Positions 16,456 through 29,167 are shown, counted from the first letter of the stretch. The stretch: 43,727 nt of DNA from an uncultured Bacteroidales bacterium (GCA_964407055.1 CAYOUD010000002.1:1-43727); one strand, 5' to 3'. Notes: generated by a model not told the origin, from the letters alone. Numbers and translations: made by a program.

Positions 16456-17838
16456 ATGAAAACACGAATCGCCCACGATAGTCTGGGAGCAATTGAAATT
16501 CCGGCAGACAAATACTGGGGAGCTGTTACGCAGCGCTCTTTGGAACATTTTAAAATTGGAAATCACCTTATGCCCAAATCAATCATCAGCGCATTGGCTC
16601 TGATAAAAAAAGCGGCAGCACAAGTCAACCACGATGAAGACAAACTCAGTAAGCAACAAGCAGAGCTGATTGAAACCGTGTGCGAGGAAATTCTTTCCGG
16701 GGAACTGGATTCACATTTTCCGCTAAGCATTTGGCAAACAGGCTCCGGCACACATACTAACATGAATGTCAATGAAGTAATTGCTAACCGTGGTCAAGTA
16801 TTGTCTGAAAACCCAGCTGATTACACAAAACCCATTTTGCATTCAAATGACGATGTGAATAAATCCCAATCATCCAATGATGTATTTCCATCTGCCATAC
16901 ATATTGCAGTAGCACAACAGATTATTAAAGATGTTATCCCAGCTTTGGTTGAATTACGGGATCAATTTACGGAAAAATCTAAAGCATTTCATGAGATTAT
17001 TAAAACCGGACGTACCCACATGATGGATGCAGTTCCGTTACGGCTTGGTGATGAATTTTCTGCATTTGCAAAACAAATCGATTGGGGAATTCAAGCAATT
17101 GAGCAGCGTTTAATTCACTTGATGGAAATCCCATTGGGAGGTACGGCCGTAGGAACCGGTTTAAATGCAAGTAAGGAATTTGGCGCAAAAGCTATTCAGA
17201 AAATAATCGATGCAACTGGCATTCCATTTCGTCCTGCAGAGAATAGATTTGAGAGCATGTCCGCAAAAACTGCAATTTTGGGCGTGCAACAGGCATTTAC
17301 TCAAGTTGCAACTGAATTATTTAAAATCACAAACGATATCCGCATAATGGCATCCGGTCCAAGAACAGGGCTTGGCGAACTGGAACTTCCGGCCAAAGAA
17401 CCAGGATCCAGCATCATGCCGGGAAAAATAAATCCAACACAAATTGAAGCGCTACAAATGGCATGCACGCGGATTATCAGTCATAATTCAGGAAATACGA
17501 TTGCCAACATGAACGGTCATTTTCAGCTCAATACATTTATGCCACTACTTGCCGACAACACTCTGGAGTCAGGGCAGCTCCTAGCAGATATCAGCCGTTC
17601 TTACACAGCTCATAATCTGAAGGATATAAAGCCAAATAAGCAAAGAATTGAGTTGCATTTAAAACAATCACTCATGCTTGTAACTGCATTGGCAAAAACC
17701 ATTGGCTATGAAAAATCTGCAAAAATTGTTCAGTATGCACATCTGAGTAATATTAGTTTAAGAGAGGCAGCGATTCAATTTGGTAAAATTGATCCATCTG
17801 ATTTCGACCGCATTGTTGATGTAAACAACATGGTTTGA
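16456..17838 (+). CDS. fumC: class II fumarate hydratase
   Basis: 460 aa. Motifs DSLGAIEIPADKYWGAVTQRS, SSNDVFPSA, TGRTHMMDAVP and the signature GSSIMPGKINPTQ. The TQ is typical of fumarase rather than aspartase. Confidence 0.9.
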   Translation: MKTRIAHDSLGAIEIPADKYWGAVTQRSLEHFKIGNHLMPKSIISALALIKKAAAQVNHDEDKLSKQQAELIETVCEEILSGELDSHFPLSIWQTGSGTHTNMNVNEVIANRGQVLSENPADYTKPILHSNDDVNKSQSSNDVFPSAIHIAVAQQIIKDVIPALVELRDQFTEKSKAFHEIIKTGRTHMMDAVPLRLGDEFSAFAKQIDWGIQAIEQRLIHLMEIPLGGTAVGTGLNASKEFGAKAIQKIIDATGIPFRPAENRFESMSAKTAILGVQQAFTQVATELFKITNDIRIMASGPRTGLGELELPAKEPGSSIMPGKINPTQIEALQMACTRIISHNSGNTIANMNGHFQLNTFMPLLADNTLESGQLLADISRSYTAHNLKDIKPNKQRIELHLKQSLMLVTALAKTIGYEKSAKIVQYAHLSNISLREAAIQFGKIDPSDFDRIVDVNNMV

Positions 17839-18003
17839 AAATAAAATTACAACGAGCAAAAAAATCATCTTACAAACATTATAGTTTATTACTGACTTTC
17901 TGCATCTCATATAGTTCTATGTTGTTTTATCAAGAATAGATTTCAAAGATTTCCATAATATGCAATAGATTATTACTTTTGTTATGGACTGAAAAAATTG
18001 ATT

Positions 18004-19848
18004 ATGTGTGGAATTTGCGGTTTTTATAGCCAAAAGGAATTTGTAACCCAATCGGAGTTAACCCAGATGGCAGACAGCCTCAATCATAGAGGTCCTGATG
18101 CAGAGGGAACATATTGTAATCATGTTGCAGGACTGGCACATAAACGACTAAGTATTCTGGATTTATCTGAAAATGCGAATCAACCGATGGAGTCGCACTC
18201 ACGCAGATACATTACAGTTTTTAACGGTGAAATATACAATTACAAGGAAATAGCAGAAGAACTCAATCTTGATTTCAGAACAACCAGTGACACAGAGGTT
18301 TTACTTGAAGCTTTTGAAGAATGGGGCGTTACTTTTGTCAATAAGCTCAATGGGATGTTCAGCATTGCCATTTATGACAAACATGAAAAGCAATTGTATT
18401 TGTTTCGTGATCGTATTGGGATTAAACCTTTGTACTATTATTGGGATGGAGACCATTTTGCTTTTGCATCCGAACTAAAAGCGCTGTTAAAAGTCAATCA
18501 TATAAAAGACAATCTTGAAATTAGCCGTAGTGCAATCAACGAATTTCTACACGTCGGCTATATTCCCGAACCCAATACAATTTACCGAAAAATCAAAAAA
18601 TTTCCGGCAGGACATTTTGGCATTGCAGATGAAGAGGGGCTTCGTATTGAGGCATATTGGATGATTGAAGGTGCAATCCGTAGGAATTTAATTTCTAATT
18701 ATACGGATGCCAAAAGCCGTCTCAGCGAATTGGTTGAGTCTTCTGTTAGTTTAAGACTTATGGGCGATGTGCCCTTTGGCAGTTTTTTGAGTGGTGGAAT
18801 TGACTCAAGTTTGGTAACAGCGGTTGCACAAAAGCATACAAAAGGAAATCTCAACACCTTTTCAATTGGCTTTAAAGAATCAAAATATAATGAAGCAGGT
18901 TTTGCGAAAAATGTTGCCAAATATCTGGGGACTGATCACCATGAGTTAATTGTTTCTCAGGATGATGCAAAAGAAATGATTCCTGATTTATTGGATTACT
19001 ATGATGAACCTTACGCAGATTCCTCTGCAATACCTACCATGATTTTATCACGATTTGCACGGAAACATGTTACGATGGCATTATCCGGTGATGGTGGAGA
19101 TGAGTTGTTCCACGGATATGGTTCTTATGTATGGGCTCAAAGATTATCAAATCCATTAATACGAGGATTCCGGAAAACCATCGGTCAAAGCTTATCAAAA
19201 TCGGAAAAATATCAGCATCGTGCTGAAATTTTCAAATACGAAAACAAAGAACAGCTAAAATCTCACATTTTTTCACAAGAACAATTTTTCTTTTCTGTGC
19301 CGGAAATTGAGAAATTAGTTACTGGCTTAGCAAGCGATGAAATCAATATGTTGGAAGATTATAGTTACTTTGTCCGTAATTTGACAGCAAAAGAAGATCA
19401 GGCAATTTTCGATTTGCGTTATTATTTAAAAGATGACCTTTTAACGAAGCTTGACAGAGCGAGTATGCGATACGGGCTGGAAGCGCGGGTCCCTTTACTT
19501 GACCATCGGATTGTGGAATTTGCATTGAATTTATCGCCCAAACTAAAAGTAAATCAAAAAGTAAAAAAATATCTTTTAAAAGAAGTGCTTTACGATTACG
19601 TTCCGGCATCATATTTTGACCGTCCGAAATGGGGATTTTCTATCCCATTACGAGAATGGTTGAGTACCGATTTAAAATATTTGATTGACACCTATCTTTC
19701 AAAAGCAATGATAGAAAAACACGGTGCTGTCCATTATGAAGTAGTTGAATCCCTGAAAAATAAATTTTTACAGGGAACAGATTATTTGTATAATCGCATT
19801 TGGGTTTTGATTGTTTTGCATCAGTTTTTGGAAAAACATAAGGGGTGA
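18004..19848 (+). CDS. asnB: asparagine synthase (glutamine-hydrolysing)
   Basis: MCGICG N-terminus (Cys2 nucleophile of class-II amidotransferases), RGPD, and the synthetase PP-loop-like FLSGGIDSS. I chose the ATG at 18004; the track start at 17998 is a TTG. Confidence 0.9.
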   Translation: MCGICGFYSQKEFVTQSELTQMADSLNHRGPDAEGTYCNHVAGLAHKRLSILDLSENANQPMESHSRRYITVFNGEIYNYKEIAEELNLDFRTTSDTEVLLEAFEEWGVTFVNKLNGMFSIAIYDKHEKQLYLFRDRIGIKPLYYYWDGDHFAFASELKALLKVNHIKDNLEISRSAINEFLHVGYIPEPNTIYRKIKKFPAGHFGIADEEGLRIEAYWMIEGAIRRNLISNYTDAKSRLSELVESSVSLRLMGDVPFGSFLSGGIDSSLVTAVAQKHTKGNLNTFSIGFKESKYNEAGFAKNVAKYLGTDHHELIVSQDDAKEMIPDLLDYYDEPYADSSAIPTMILSRFARKHVTMALSGDGGDELFHGYGSYVWAQRLSNPLIRGFRKTIGQSLSKSEKYQHRAEIFKYENKEQLKSHIFSQEQFFFSVPEIEKLVTGLASDEINMLEDYSYFVRNLTAKEDQAIFDLRYYLKDDLLTKLDRASMRYGLEARVPLLDHRIVEFALNLSPKLKVNQKVKKYLLKEVLYDYVPASYFDRPKWGFSIPLREWLSTDLKYLIDTYLSKAMIEKHGAVHYEVVESLKNKFLQGTDYLYNRIWVLIVLHQFLEKHKG

Positions 19849-19887
19849 TAACATAGTAGTTTTTCCAAACACACAATATTCAGACAA

Positions 19888-19924
19888 AAAATCAGGCTAC
19901 CGATTCATTCGACAGCCTGATTTT
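19888..19924 (+). terminator. rho-independent terminator after asnB
   Basis: AAAATCAGGCT (19888-19898) pairs with AGCCTGATTTT (19914-19924), an 11-bp stem with a 15-nt loop. The right arm ends in TTTT and is followed by GTTCTTTT. Confidence 0.7.
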
Positions 19925-20063
19925 GTTCTTTTACAAATTACTATTATCATTGTAACTAATTAATTTAAAACTCCTTGGGATAATGCAGCGGTCTATAATA
20001 TTTGCTTAGAAAATGCTTGGCTCTCATCAGGTTACTATGCACAAACAAGATAAATAATTAGTT

Positions 20064-20645
20064 ATGAAACATTTTGCACTTTGCTTTTTAAGTCTCTTAC
20101 TTGTTTCTATAACAAGCACACAAGCCTTTTCATCGTCGAAGAAATATCACATTACTTACGAAATACAGAAACAAAATTGCACAGATACGATTTCGTGCTA
20201 TTACTCAAACACATGCTGTTTCCATACTATGTCCAAGCATGGAAGTAGCTATTTCAAGCTCTTAGTTGATTTTAAGGAAGAAATAATAAAAACATATTCA
20301 TCCTATTATTCATCGGAAAGAAATGAGCTAGTAAGTCATAAATCAGAAAACAGTTTTTCTGATTATGAAAAAAACTTAAAACGCCGATCTGAATATGATT
20401 ACCTCTACCCTGATGATGAACTAAATCAAGAAATCAAAAGCATAAAACATAAAGACACAAAGAAAATCCTGGGCAGAAAATGTTATCATTTGGAAGTATG
20501 GCATGGAGACATAAAATCGGATCGTATTAATAAATATTCTGGGTTTGATATTGTCCCCGGAATTATTCTAGAACTCTCCATTAACAACAAAATAACAAGG
20601 AGGGCAATTCACATAGATAACAATTGGTTTGAATCATGTAACTAA
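20064..20645 (+). CDS. small secreted Cys-rich hypothetical protein (possibly distant GLPGLI-family)
   Basis: 193 aa. Signal peptide MKHFALCFLSLLLVSITSTQA, then a Cys-rich segment CTDTISCYYSNTCC. The C-terminal DIVPGIILELS resembles the GLPGLILEL motif of the GLPGLI family, but this is a weak match made by eye. Confidence 0.55.
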   Translation: MKHFALCFLSLLLVSITSTQAFSSSKKYHITYEIQKQNCTDTISCYYSNTCCFHTMSKHGSSYFKLLVDFKEEIIKTYSSYYSSERNELVSHKSENSFSDYEKNLKRRSEYDYLYPDDELNQEIKSIKHKDTKKILGRKCYHLEVWHGDIKSDRINKYSGFDIVPGIILELSINNKITRRAIHIDNNWFESCN

Positions 20646-20681
20646 AAAAATAGCTTGCAAAAATTTGCAAGCTATTTTTTT
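20644..20681. terminator. bidirectional rho-independent terminator between convergent genes
   Basis: A7, then TAGCTTGCAAA (20651-20661) pairing with TTTGCAAGCTA (20664-20674), then T7. Perfect 11-nt inverted repeat; the innermost pairs must open to form a loop. It can terminate both the plus-strand 20064-20645 gene and the minus-strand rpoBC/DUF3467 transcript. Confidence 0.85.
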
Positions 20682-20693
20682 CAGTATCTAAAA

Positions 20694-21017
20694 CTAAGCT
20701 TGTGCAGTGGGACCACCAAAATTCATTGGCATTTTGGGAGGTTTTGTTCCACCTTTAACCGTAATTGTACCATGTAAGGATTCATATTTTTCAATATTTT
20801 CCTGAAGCGCCATCATAAGGCGTTTAGCATGTTCCGGTGTCAGAATAATTCTAGATTTCACCGGTGCTTTAGGCACGCCGGGGACAATGCGAACAAAGTC
20901 CACAATAAATTCAGAACTCGAATGTGAGATTACTGCAAGGTTTGCATAGGTTCCCTGAGCAACATCTTCTTTCAATTCAATATTGATTTGATTTCCTTTT
21001 GGCTTATTATCTTCCAT
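20694..21017 (-). CDS. DUF3467-like small protein
   Basis: 107 aa. Starts 8 nt after the rpoC stop. Sequence type (INIELKEDVAQGTYANLAVISHSSSEFIVDF...ILTPEHAKRL) is as I recall for DUF3467 proteins found after rpoC in Bacteroidota. Confidence 0.7.
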   Translation of the reverse strand: MEDNKPKGNQINIELKEDVAQGTYANLAVISHSSSEFIVDFVRIVPGVPKAPVKSRIILTPEHAKRLMMALQENIEKYESLHGTITVKGGTKPPKMPMNFGGPTAQA

Positions 21018-21025
21018 AATATTAA

Positions 21026-24000
21026 TTAATTATCTGTTTCTTCAGTTGTTGTTTTTGTAATTTTCTCCATTTCTGCCTTATTTCCAACCAGGATTTTTTC
21101 ATACTCCCGTAAACCTGTACCGGCAGGGATCAAGTGTCCAACAATTACATTTTCTTTCAGTCCGAGCAAATGATCTTCTTTACCAAAGATAGCAGCTTCA
21201 TTCAGCACTTTATTGGTTTCCTGAAATGAGGCAGCCGACATAAAGCTTTGAGTCTGCAATGCAGCTCTGGTAATACCTTGCAATGCCTGAGAAGATGTAG
21301 CTGGGACAGCAGGTCTGGCATCAGCCAATAGCAAATCACGCCGTCTTAATGATGAATTTTCATCGCGTAAACGTCTTGCAGTAATAATCTGACCAGCTCT
21401 CAGGGTTTCAGAATCTCCAGGAACAACAACAACTTGCATTCCGTAAATTTCATCATTAACTTCACGGAATTTCCATTTATCAACAATTTGTTTTTCGAGG
21501 AACATAGTATCTCCCGGATCTTCAATAATTACCTTACGCATCATTTGACGTACGATAACTTCAAAGTGTTTATCATTAATTTTCACACCTTGGAGGCGAT
21601 ACACTTCCTGTACCTCATTCACGATATATTCCTGAACTTTTGTTGGTCCTTTAATATTCAGAATGTCAGCAGGAGTAATTGCTCCATCAGAAAGCTGAGT
21701 TCCCGCACGGATGTAATCGCCTTCCTGCACAAGGATTTGTTTAGTCAGCGACACGAGATATTTTTTAATCTCGCCATCACGTGAACGAACGATAATTTCA
21801 CGATTTCCTCGTTTAATTTTTCCAAACTCAACCTGTCCATTAATTTCAGAAACGACAGCTGGGTTCGATGGATTACGTGCTTCAAAGAGCTCGGTAACAC
21901 GTGGCAAACCTCCGGTAATATCACCACCTTTACTCACATTTCTAGGAATTTTGGCTAAAATTTGCCCAGAATGTAGTTTTGCTCCATCCTCAACCGAGAC
22001 ATGTGCACTTACCGGCAAGTTATAGTTTTTAAGCACATTTTTCTTTCCGTCAACAATGGCAAGCTCAGGATTTTTCTTTTTATCCTTGGTCTCTGTAATT
22101 ACTTTTTCACGGAACCCGGTTTGTTCATCAGATTCTTCAGCATAAGTAACGCCTTCAATCACATTTTCAAACTGAGCGACACCATCCATTTCTGCTACAA
22201 TCACAGCATTGAACGGATCCCATTCACAAATCTTATCTCCTTTTTTAATTTTTGTATTGTTTTCTTTATAGAGTTTTGATCCGTAAGGGATATTGTTGGT
22301 CATCAATGTGATACTGGTATTTTCGTCAATTACTTTCATTTCCGCCATACGACCAACAACGATTTCAACATTTCCAGATTCCTCTTTCAGTGTTACAGTA
22401 CGTAACTCGTCAATTTCGAGTAGCCCTTCGTATTTAGCCGTGATTGATGATTCAGCAGCAATGTTACCCGCAACACCACCAACGTGGAATGTACGAAGTG
22501 TAAGCTGTGTCCCCGGCTCTCCAATGGATTGTGCAGCAATTACACCGACAGCTTCTCCTTTTTGCACCATTTTCAGGTTAGAAAGGTTACGACCGTAACA
22601 TTTAGCACACACACCACGTTTTGATTCACAAGTCAGTACTGAACGGATTTCCACTTCTTCAATCGGAGAATCTGCAATTTTCGCAGCAATTGCTTCAGTA
22701 ATTTCTTCACCGGAAGCAATAATCAATTCCCCACTTTGTGGATGGTAAACATCGTGCACAGTTGTACGACCAAGAATGCGTTCGGAGAGGGTTTCAACAA
22801 CTTCTTCATTTTTCTTAATTGTTGTTGCAACAATACCACGGAGTGTACCGCAATCTGGTTCTGAAATCACAATATCCTGACAAACATCCACAAGACGTCT
22901 TGTAAGATATCCAGCATCTGCTGTTTTTAGTGCGGTATCCGCAAGACCTTTACGTGCACCGTGAGTAGAGATAAAGTACTCGAGTACAGAAAGCCCTTCT
23001 TTAAAATTTGCAAGAATTGGGTTTTCAATAATTTGTTGACCACTACCGGCAGATTTCTGTGGTTTCGCCATCAATCCCCTCATTCCGCACAACTGACGAA
23101 TTTGTTCTTTAGAACCACGGGCTCCGGAATCCAGCATCATATATACCGGATTAAAACCGTCGTTATCTTTGGTCAGTTTATTCATTACAAGCTGAGTAAG
23201 CTTTGCATTGGTGTGTGTCCAGATATCAATAATCTGATTGTATCTTTCATTGTTAGTAATGAACCCCATGTTGTAGTTATTCATTACTTCATCCACCTGT
23301 GCATATCCCTCTTCAATCATTTCAGCTTTTTCGTCAGGGACAATCACATCATTTAAGTTAAATGACAATCCACCGCGATATGCCATGGTGAATCCCATGT
23401 GTTTAATATCGTCAAGAAATTTTGCTGTTACAGCCGTATTTGTTTTATTAAGGATTTCTGAAATAATTCCACGCACTGATTTTTTGGTCAATATTTCATT
23501 CAGGAATCCGTATTCTTTGGGCACAACCTCATTAATCAGGACGCGACCAGTTGTTGTTTCAATGATATGGTTAATCGGATTTCCTTCTTCATCCAAATCA
23601 TCAACACGAACTTTAATAATTGAATTCAGCGTAATTTTTTTCTCGTTGTAGGCAATTTTCACTTCCTCAGGAGAGTAAAATGTTAAGCCTTCCCCTTTCA
23701 TTCCATTGCGACCTTTAGTCATATAATACAAACCGAGGACCATGTCCTGTGAAGGTACGGTAATCGGAGCCCCGTTAGCGGGATTCAGAATATTATGTGA
23801 GGCCAGCATGAGCACTTGTGCTTCAAGAATTGCAGCATTGCCAAGTGGTAAGTGAACCGCCATCTGGTCACCGTCAAAGTCGGCATTAAACGCAGTACAT
23901 GCAAGTGGATGCAACTGAATCGCTTTTCCTTCAATCAATTTTGGTTGGAAAGCCTGAATCCCAAGTCTGTGAAGTGTTGGAGCACGGTTAAGCATTACCG

Positions 24001-25294
24001 GATGTCCTTTCAAAACATTTTCCAGTATATCCCAAATTACCGGGTCACGACGATCCACAATTTTCTTCGCAGATTTTACCGTTTTTACAATTCCTCTTTC
24101 AATCAGTTTTCTGATTACGAAAGGTTTATAAAGTTCAGCTGCCATGTCTTTTGGCAAACCGCATTCATGCATTTTCAATTCCGGTCCTACCACAATAACA
24201 GAACGCGCAGAATAGTCAACACGTTTACCAAGCAGGTTTTGACGGAAACGTCCTTGTTTTCCTTTCAAACTGTCTGACAAGGATTTTAACGGACGATTTG
24301 CATCAGTTTTTACTGCGTTTGATTTTCTGGAGTTATCAAATAGTGAATCGACAGATTCTTGCAGCATACGTTTCTCGTTGCGGAGAATTACCTCAGGTGC
24401 TTTAATTTCCATGAGGCGTTTGAGTCTGTTGTTTCTAATAATTACACGACGATACAAATCATTCAAGTCAGATGTTGCAAATCTTCCTCCATCGAGTGGG
24501 ACAAGTGGCCTTAACTCCGGTGGAATTACAGGAATGACTTTAACAATCATCCATTCAGGGCGATTTTTATCTTTCGATGCTCTGAACGCTTCAACAACAC
24601 TCAGTCGTTTCAATGCTTCATTTTTACGTTGCTGAGATGTTTCTTTGTTTGCTTTATCGCGCAAATCGAAAGACAATTCATCTAATTTGAGTCTTGCGAG
24701 GATGTCATGAACAGCGTCCGCACCCATTTTAGCAATAAACTTATTAGGGTCAGCATCTTCGAGTGTCTGATTACCTGCCGGAAGTGAATCAATGATATCA
24801 AGGTATTCCTCTTCACTTAAGAAGTCCATTTCATTAATTCCATCGGCTTCTTTAATACCGGCTTGAATGACAATATATTTTTCATAATAAATAATTGCAT
24901 CAAGCTTTTTGGTCGGTAAACCAAGCAGGTAACCGATTTTATTTGGTAATGAGCGGAAATACCAGATATGGGCAACGGGCACTTCAAGTTTGATGTGTCC
25001 CATGCGTTCACGGCGCACTTTCTTTTCGGTAACTTCGACACCACAACGATCACAAACGATTCCTTTATAACGGATCCCTTTGTACTTACCACAGTGGCAT
25101 TCGTAGTCTTTTACTGGTCCAAAAATGCGTTCGCAGAACAAGCCATCACGTTCTGGTTTATAGGTCCGGTAATTAATGGTTTCCGGTTTTGTAACTTCCC
25201 CACTGGAGCGGTCCAGAATATCTTCTGGAGACGCCAAGCTAATGGAGATTTTGTTAAAGTTACTTGTAACTTTCCTATCTTTTCTGAAAGCCAT
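21026..25294 (-). CDS. rpoC: DNA-directed RNA polymerase subunit beta'
   Basis: 1422 aa. Zn-finger CHCGKY...CDRCGVEV and the catalytic motif [12 protein letters not shown]. Conserved throughout. Confidence 0.99.
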   Translation of the reverse strand: MAFRKDRKVTSNFNKISISLASPEDILDRSSGEVTKPETINYRTYKPERDGLFCERIFGPVKDYECHCGKYKGIRYKGIVCDRCGVEVTEKKVRRERMGHIKLEVPVAHIWYFRSLPNKIGYLLGLPTKKLDAIIYYEKYIVIQAGIKEADGINEMDFLSEEEYLDIIDSLPAGNQTLEDADPNKFIAKMGADAVHDILARLKLDELSFDLRDKANKETSQQRKNEALKRLSVVEAFRASKDKNRPEWMIVKVIPVIPPELRPLVPLDGGRFATSDLNDLYRRVIIRNNRLKRLMEIKAPEVILRNEKRMLQESVDSLFDNSRKSNAVKTDANRPLKSLSDSLKGKQGRFRQNLLGKRVDYSARSVIVVGPELKMHECGLPKDMAAELYKPFVIRKLIERGIVKTVKSAKKIVDRRDPVIWDILENVLKGHPVMLNRAPTLHRLGIQAFQPKLIEGKAIQLHPLACTAFNADFDGDQMAVHLPLGNAAILEAQVLMLASHNILNPANGAPITVPSQDMVLGLYYMTKGRNGMKGEGLTFYSPEEVKIAYNEKKITLNSIIKVRVDDLDEEGNPINHIIETTTGRVLINEVVPKEYGFLNEILTKKSVRGIISEILNKTNTAVTAKFLDDIKHMGFTMAYRGGLSFNLNDVIVPDEKAEMIEEGYAQVDEVMNNYNMGFITNNERYNQIIDIWTHTNAKLTQLVMNKLTKDNDGFNPVYMMLDSGARGSKEQIRQLCGMRGLMAKPQKSAGSGQQIIENPILANFKEGLSVLEYFISTHGARKGLADTALKTADAGYLTRRLVDVCQDIVISEPDCGTLRGIVATTIKKNEEVVETLSERILGRTTVHDVYHPQSGELIIASGEEITEAIAAKIADSPIEEVEIRSVLTCESKRGVCAKCYGRNLSNLKMVQKGEAVGVIAAQSIGEPGTQLTLRTFHVGGVAGNIAAESSITAKYEGLLEIDELRTVTLKEESGNVEIVVGRMAEMKVIDENTSITLMTNNIPYGSKLYKENNTKIKKGDKICEWDPFNAVIVAEMDGVAQFENVIEGVTYAEESDEQTGFREKVITETKDKKKNPELAIVDGKKNVLKNYNLPVSAHVSVEDGAKLHSGQILAKIPRNVSKGGDITGGLPRVTELFEARNPSNPAVVSEINGQVEFGKIKRGNREIIVRSRDGEIKKYLVSLTKQILVQEGDYIRAGTQLSDGAITPADILNIKGPTKVQEYIVNEVQEVYRLQGVKINDKHFEVIVRQMMRKVIIEDPGDTMFLEKQIVDKWKFREVNDEIYGMQVVVVPGDSETLRAGQIITARRLRDENSSLRRRDLLLADARPAVPATSSQALQGITRAALQTQSFMSAASFQETNKVLNEAAIFGKEDHLLGLKENVIVGHLIPAGTGLREYEKILVGNKAEMEKITKTTTEETDN

Positions 25295-25320
25295 ATATCG
25301 AAAAAATTAGAATCTGAATA

Positions 25321-28300
25321 CTACTTTAATTCAAAATTCAGGCACAAACCCTGAAGTTCATGAATCAACACGTTGAGCGATTCCGGTATGCCTTGTTCAG
25401 GCATACTGGTCCCTTTCACAATGGATTCATACGTTTTAGCACGCCCTTTCACGTCATCTGATTTAACAGTCAGAATTTCGCGTAGGATATGTGCTGCACC
25501 AAATGCTTCAAGAGCCCACACCTCCATTTCTCCAAAACGCTGTCCGCCAAACTGAGCTTTACCTCCGAGTGGCTGCTGCGTAATGAGCGAGTATGGTCCA
25601 ATTGAACGTGCATGCATTTTATCATCCACCATGTGACCCAGTTTGAGCATATATATAACACCGACCGTTGCAGGTTGGTCAAACTGATCTCCGGTTTCGC
25701 CATCAAACAGAAAGGTTCTACCATATCTTGGAATTCCAGCTTTATCGGAGTAGTCATTAATTTGGTCCAGCGTTGCACCATCAAAGATTGGTGTGGCGAA
25801 TTTCATTCCGAGTTTTTCACCTGCCCAACCCAGCACGGTTTCATAAATCTGCCCAAGGTTCATACGAGAAGGCACACCCAACGGGTTTAGTACGATATCA
25901 ACCGGAGTTCCGTCTTCAAGGAATGGCATGTCTTCCTGACGGACAATACGTGCCAGAATTCCTTTATTCCCGTGTCGACCGGCGAGTTTATCTCCTACTT
26001 TAACCACACGTTTTTTCGCGAGATATACCTTCGCCATCTTAATAATTCCATTTGGCAATTCATCACCAATGGTTAAATTCAGATTTTTACGACGATATTC
26101 TCCCTCAAGCTCCTTGTGTTCAACAACATAATTTTGCAGAACTATCTGGATTTGTGTGTTTTTCTTTTTATCTGTTGTCCATTTTAAAGGATTCACATTC
26201 AAAAATTCAATTGCATTAAGCTGCTTTTGTGTGAATTTTCTCCCTTTAGGAATCAGCTCTGCGCCATAATGGTCAGATACACCCTGTGATGTTTTACCGT
26301 TTACAATGGTAAACAGTTTCTCAACAAGTGTTGCTTTGAGAGTTTCTGCCTGCTGCTTGAGTTCGTTTTCAATATTTTCAATCAGGACTTTTTCTTGGTT
26401 ACGGGTTTTTCTGTCTTTAATTGTTTTTGAGAACAATTTTTTATCGACAACAACACCGTGAGTTGAAGGAGAAGCTTTCAATGAAGCATCTTTTACATCT
26501 CCTGCTTTATCTCCAAAAATCGCACGCAACAGTTTTTCCTCCGGGGAGGGATCGGTTTCACCTTTTGGTGTGATTTTACCAATCATAATGTCACCGGGTT
26601 TTACTTTCGCACCGATACGAATGATACCATTCTCATCGAGATCTTTTGTTGCGGTTTCGCTAACATTCGGAATATCTGCAGTTAACTCTTCGAGTCCACG
26701 TTTTGTATCACGAACATCAAGTTGATATTCAATAATATGAACAGAGGTAAAGACATCTTCACGGACAACACGGTCTGAAATAACAATTGCATCCTCAAAG
26801 TTGTAACCTTTCCAAGGCATAAAAGCAACTTTCAAATTTCGTCCGAGAGCAAGCTCCCCTTTATCTGTTGCATACCCTTCAGTAAGGATTTGTCCTTTTT
26901 TGACTTTATTGCCTTTATTGACAATTGGTCGTATATTAACGATTGAATTTTGATTTGTTTTCGAAAATTTTGTCAATGGATAAACGACAGTGTCTTCTCT
27001 AAAACTCAGGAATCGTTCTTCCTCGGTTCTATCATAACGGACACGGATTTCTTTAGCATCAACAAATTCGACAACACCATCAGCTTCAGCGACAACAAGG
27101 ATTCTTGAATCACGAGCTACGTTAGCTTCAATTCCTGTACCAACAATTGGAGAGTCGTTATTCAATAACGGAACCGCTTGTCTCATCATGTTTGATCCCA
27201 TCAACGCACGGTTCGCATCATCATGTTCCAAGAAAGGAATTAAAGATGCAGCAATTGATGCAATCTGATTCGGTGCAACATCCATCAACTGGATTTCTGA
27301 AGGATTAGTAACGGCATATTCACCATCATGGCGCACCCGAATTTTATCAGACTGGAAGACTCCATCATCATCGATCGGAGCATTTGCCTGAGCAATCACG
27401 AGTGTTTCTTCTTCTTCAGCGCTCAAATATTCGACTGTTTCTGGTTTAAGATCAACTTTTCCAGTATCCACTTTACGGTATGGTGTTTCAATAAATCCAA
27501 GTTCATTAATTTTTGCATATACACATAAAGAAGAAATCAGACCGATGTTTGGTCCTTCAGGAGTTTCAATCGGGCAAAGTCGTCCGTAGTGAGTATAATG
27601 CACGTCACGAACTTCGAAACCTGCACGCTCACGAGATAATCCACCTGGTCCGAGTGCAGAAAGCCGACGTTTGTGCGTCATTTCAGCAAGGGGATTGGTT
27701 TGATCCATGAACTGTGATAACTGGTTCGTTCCGAAGAAAGAGTTAATGACAGAGGATAATGTTTTCGCATTAATCAGATCAATCGGATGGAACACCTCAT
27801 TATCGCGGACATTCATACGTTCACGAATTGTTCTGGCCATACGTGCAAGTCCAACGCCGAATTGATTTCCGAGTTGTTCTCCAACGGTACGGATACGACG
27901 ATTACTAAGGTGATCTATATCATCGACATCAGCTTTTGAATTGATTAGCTCAATCAAATATTTAATAATTGCGATGATGTCTTCTTTAGTCAGGGTTTTA
28001 GTATCGGAATCGGTATCTAGCCCAAGCTTACGATTAATTCTGAATCGACCGACCTCACCTAAATCATATCGTTTATGTGAGAAGAAGAGATTATCAATCA
28101 CTTCTCTCGCAGTTGCTTCATCAGGCGGCTCAGAGCTTCTAAGCTGTCTGTAAATGTAAACTACTGCTTCTTTTTCTGAGTTACATGGATCTTTATGTAA
28201 TGTATTATAAATGATCGCGTAATCAGAAGTTTTTGATTTTTCTTTATGGACAAGGATTGTTTTAGCACCTGATTCAACGATTGTTGGAATATCTTCAGCG

Positions 28301-29130
28301 CTAATTACGGTTTCTCTGTCGAGAATTACCTCATTTCTTTCGATAGACACCACTTCCCCAGTATCTTCATCGACAAAATCCTCAATCCAGGATCTTAACA
28401 CCCTTGCAGCCAATTTTCTATTGACGACTTTTTTCAGTGCGGTTTTATTGACTTTGATTTCATCAGCAAGTCCGAAAATTTCAAGAATTTCCTTATCACT
28501 TTCGTAGCCAATTGCTCTAAGCAAAGTCGTTACCGGCAATTTTTTCTTTCTGTCAATGTACGCATACATGACAGAGTTAATATCGGTTGCAAATTCCATC
28601 CAACTCCCTTTGAATGGGATAATTCTGGCGGAATAAAGTTTTGTACCATTTGCATGGAGGCTTTGACCGAAGAACACCCCTGGAGATCTGTGTAATTGGG
28701 AAACGACAATACGTTCAGCTCCGTTGACCACGAATGATCCTTTTGGAGTCATATAAGGTATTGTTCCCAACCAGACATCCTGTACGGTTGTTTCAAAGTC
28801 CTCATGTTCGGGGTCTGTACAATAAAGCTTGAGTTTCGCTTTCAGCGGCACGCTATAAGTTAACCCCCTTTCAAGACACTCTTTAATTGAATACCGAGGC
28901 ATATCAATTGAGTAATCCAGAAATTCGAGAACAAAATTATTCCGCGTATCGGTAATTGGAAAATTCTCATTAAAAACTTTATACAAGCCCTCGTTTTTTC
29001 GTTTTTCAAGGGTGGTTTCCAGTTGTAGGAAATCCTTAAACGACTTCATCTGGATTTCAAGGAAATCCGGATATTCGAGTTGATTTTTCGTTGTAGAGAA
29101 AGAATATCTCTGTTGGTTCTGTACTGACAT
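25321..29130 (-). CDS. rpoB: DNA-directed RNA polymerase subunit beta
   Basis: 1269 aa. Rif-cluster region [34 protein letters not shown], plus motifs GRHGNKG and [15 protein letters not shown]. Confidence 0.99.
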   Translation of the reverse strand: MSVQNQQRYSFSTTKNQLEYPDFLEIQMKSFKDFLQLETTLEKRKNEGLYKVFNENFPITDTRNNFVLEFLDYSIDMPRYSIKECLERGLTYSVPLKAKLKLYCTDPEHEDFETTVQDVWLGTIPYMTPKGSFVVNGAERIVVSQLHRSPGVFFGQSLHANGTKLYSARIIPFKGSWMEFATDINSVMYAYIDRKKKLPVTTLLRAIGYESDKEILEIFGLADEIKVNKTALKKVVNRKLAARVLRSWIEDFVDEDTGEVVSIERNEVILDRETVISAEDIPTIVESGAKTILVHKEKSKTSDYAIIYNTLHKDPCNSEKEAVVYIYRQLRSSEPPDEATAREVIDNLFFSHKRYDLGEVGRFRINRKLGLDTDSDTKTLTKEDIIAIIKYLIELINSKADVDDIDHLSNRRIRTVGEQLGNQFGVGLARMARTIRERMNVRDNEVFHPIDLINAKTLSSVINSFFGTNQLSQFMDQTNPLAEMTHKRRLSALGPGGLSRERAGFEVRDVHYTHYGRLCPIETPEGPNIGLISSLCVYAKINELGFIETPYRKVDTGKVDLKPETVEYLSAEEEETLVIAQANAPIDDDGVFQSDKIRVRHDGEYAVTNPSEIQLMDVAPNQIASIAASLIPFLEHDDANRALMGSNMMRQAVPLLNNDSPIVGTGIEANVARDSRILVVAEADGVVEFVDAKEIRVRYDRTEEERFLSFREDTVVYPLTKFSKTNQNSIVNIRPIVNKGNKVKKGQILTEGYATDKGELALGRNLKVAFMPWKGYNFEDAIVISDRVVREDVFTSVHIIEYQLDVRDTKRGLEELTADIPNVSETATKDLDENGIIRIGAKVKPGDIMIGKITPKGETDPSPEEKLLRAIFGDKAGDVKDASLKASPSTHGVVVDKKLFSKTIKDRKTRNQEKVLIENIENELKQQAETLKATLVEKLFTIVNGKTSQGVSDHYGAELIPKGRKFTQKQLNAIEFLNVNPLKWTTDKKKNTQIQIVLQNYVVEHKELEGEYRRKNLNLTIGDELPNGIIKMAKVYLAKKRVVKVGDKLAGRHGNKGILARIVRQEDMPFLEDGTPVDIVLNPLGVPSRMNLGQIYETVLGWAGEKLGMKFATPIFDGATLDQINDYSDKAGIPRYGRTFLFDGETGDQFDQPATVGVIYMLKLGHMVDDKMHARSIGPYSLITQQPLGGKAQFGGQRFGEMEVWALEAFGAAHILREILTVKSDDVKGRAKTYESIVKGTSMPEQGIPESLNVLIHELQGLCLNFELK

Positions 29131-29167
29131 TGACGATGAATTAGTTAAAGAAAAACATAAACAACGA

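Noticed and set aside
21434-25354. Numerous plus-strand ORFs of 85-141 aa inside rpoC (for example 22961-23356, 23852-24277, 24968-25354) and similar ones inside rpoB (25373-28153).
   Set aside because: All are antisense to very highly conserved RNAP genes. They have F/I/N/S-rich reverse-complement composition and no motifs. These are typical shadow ORFs.
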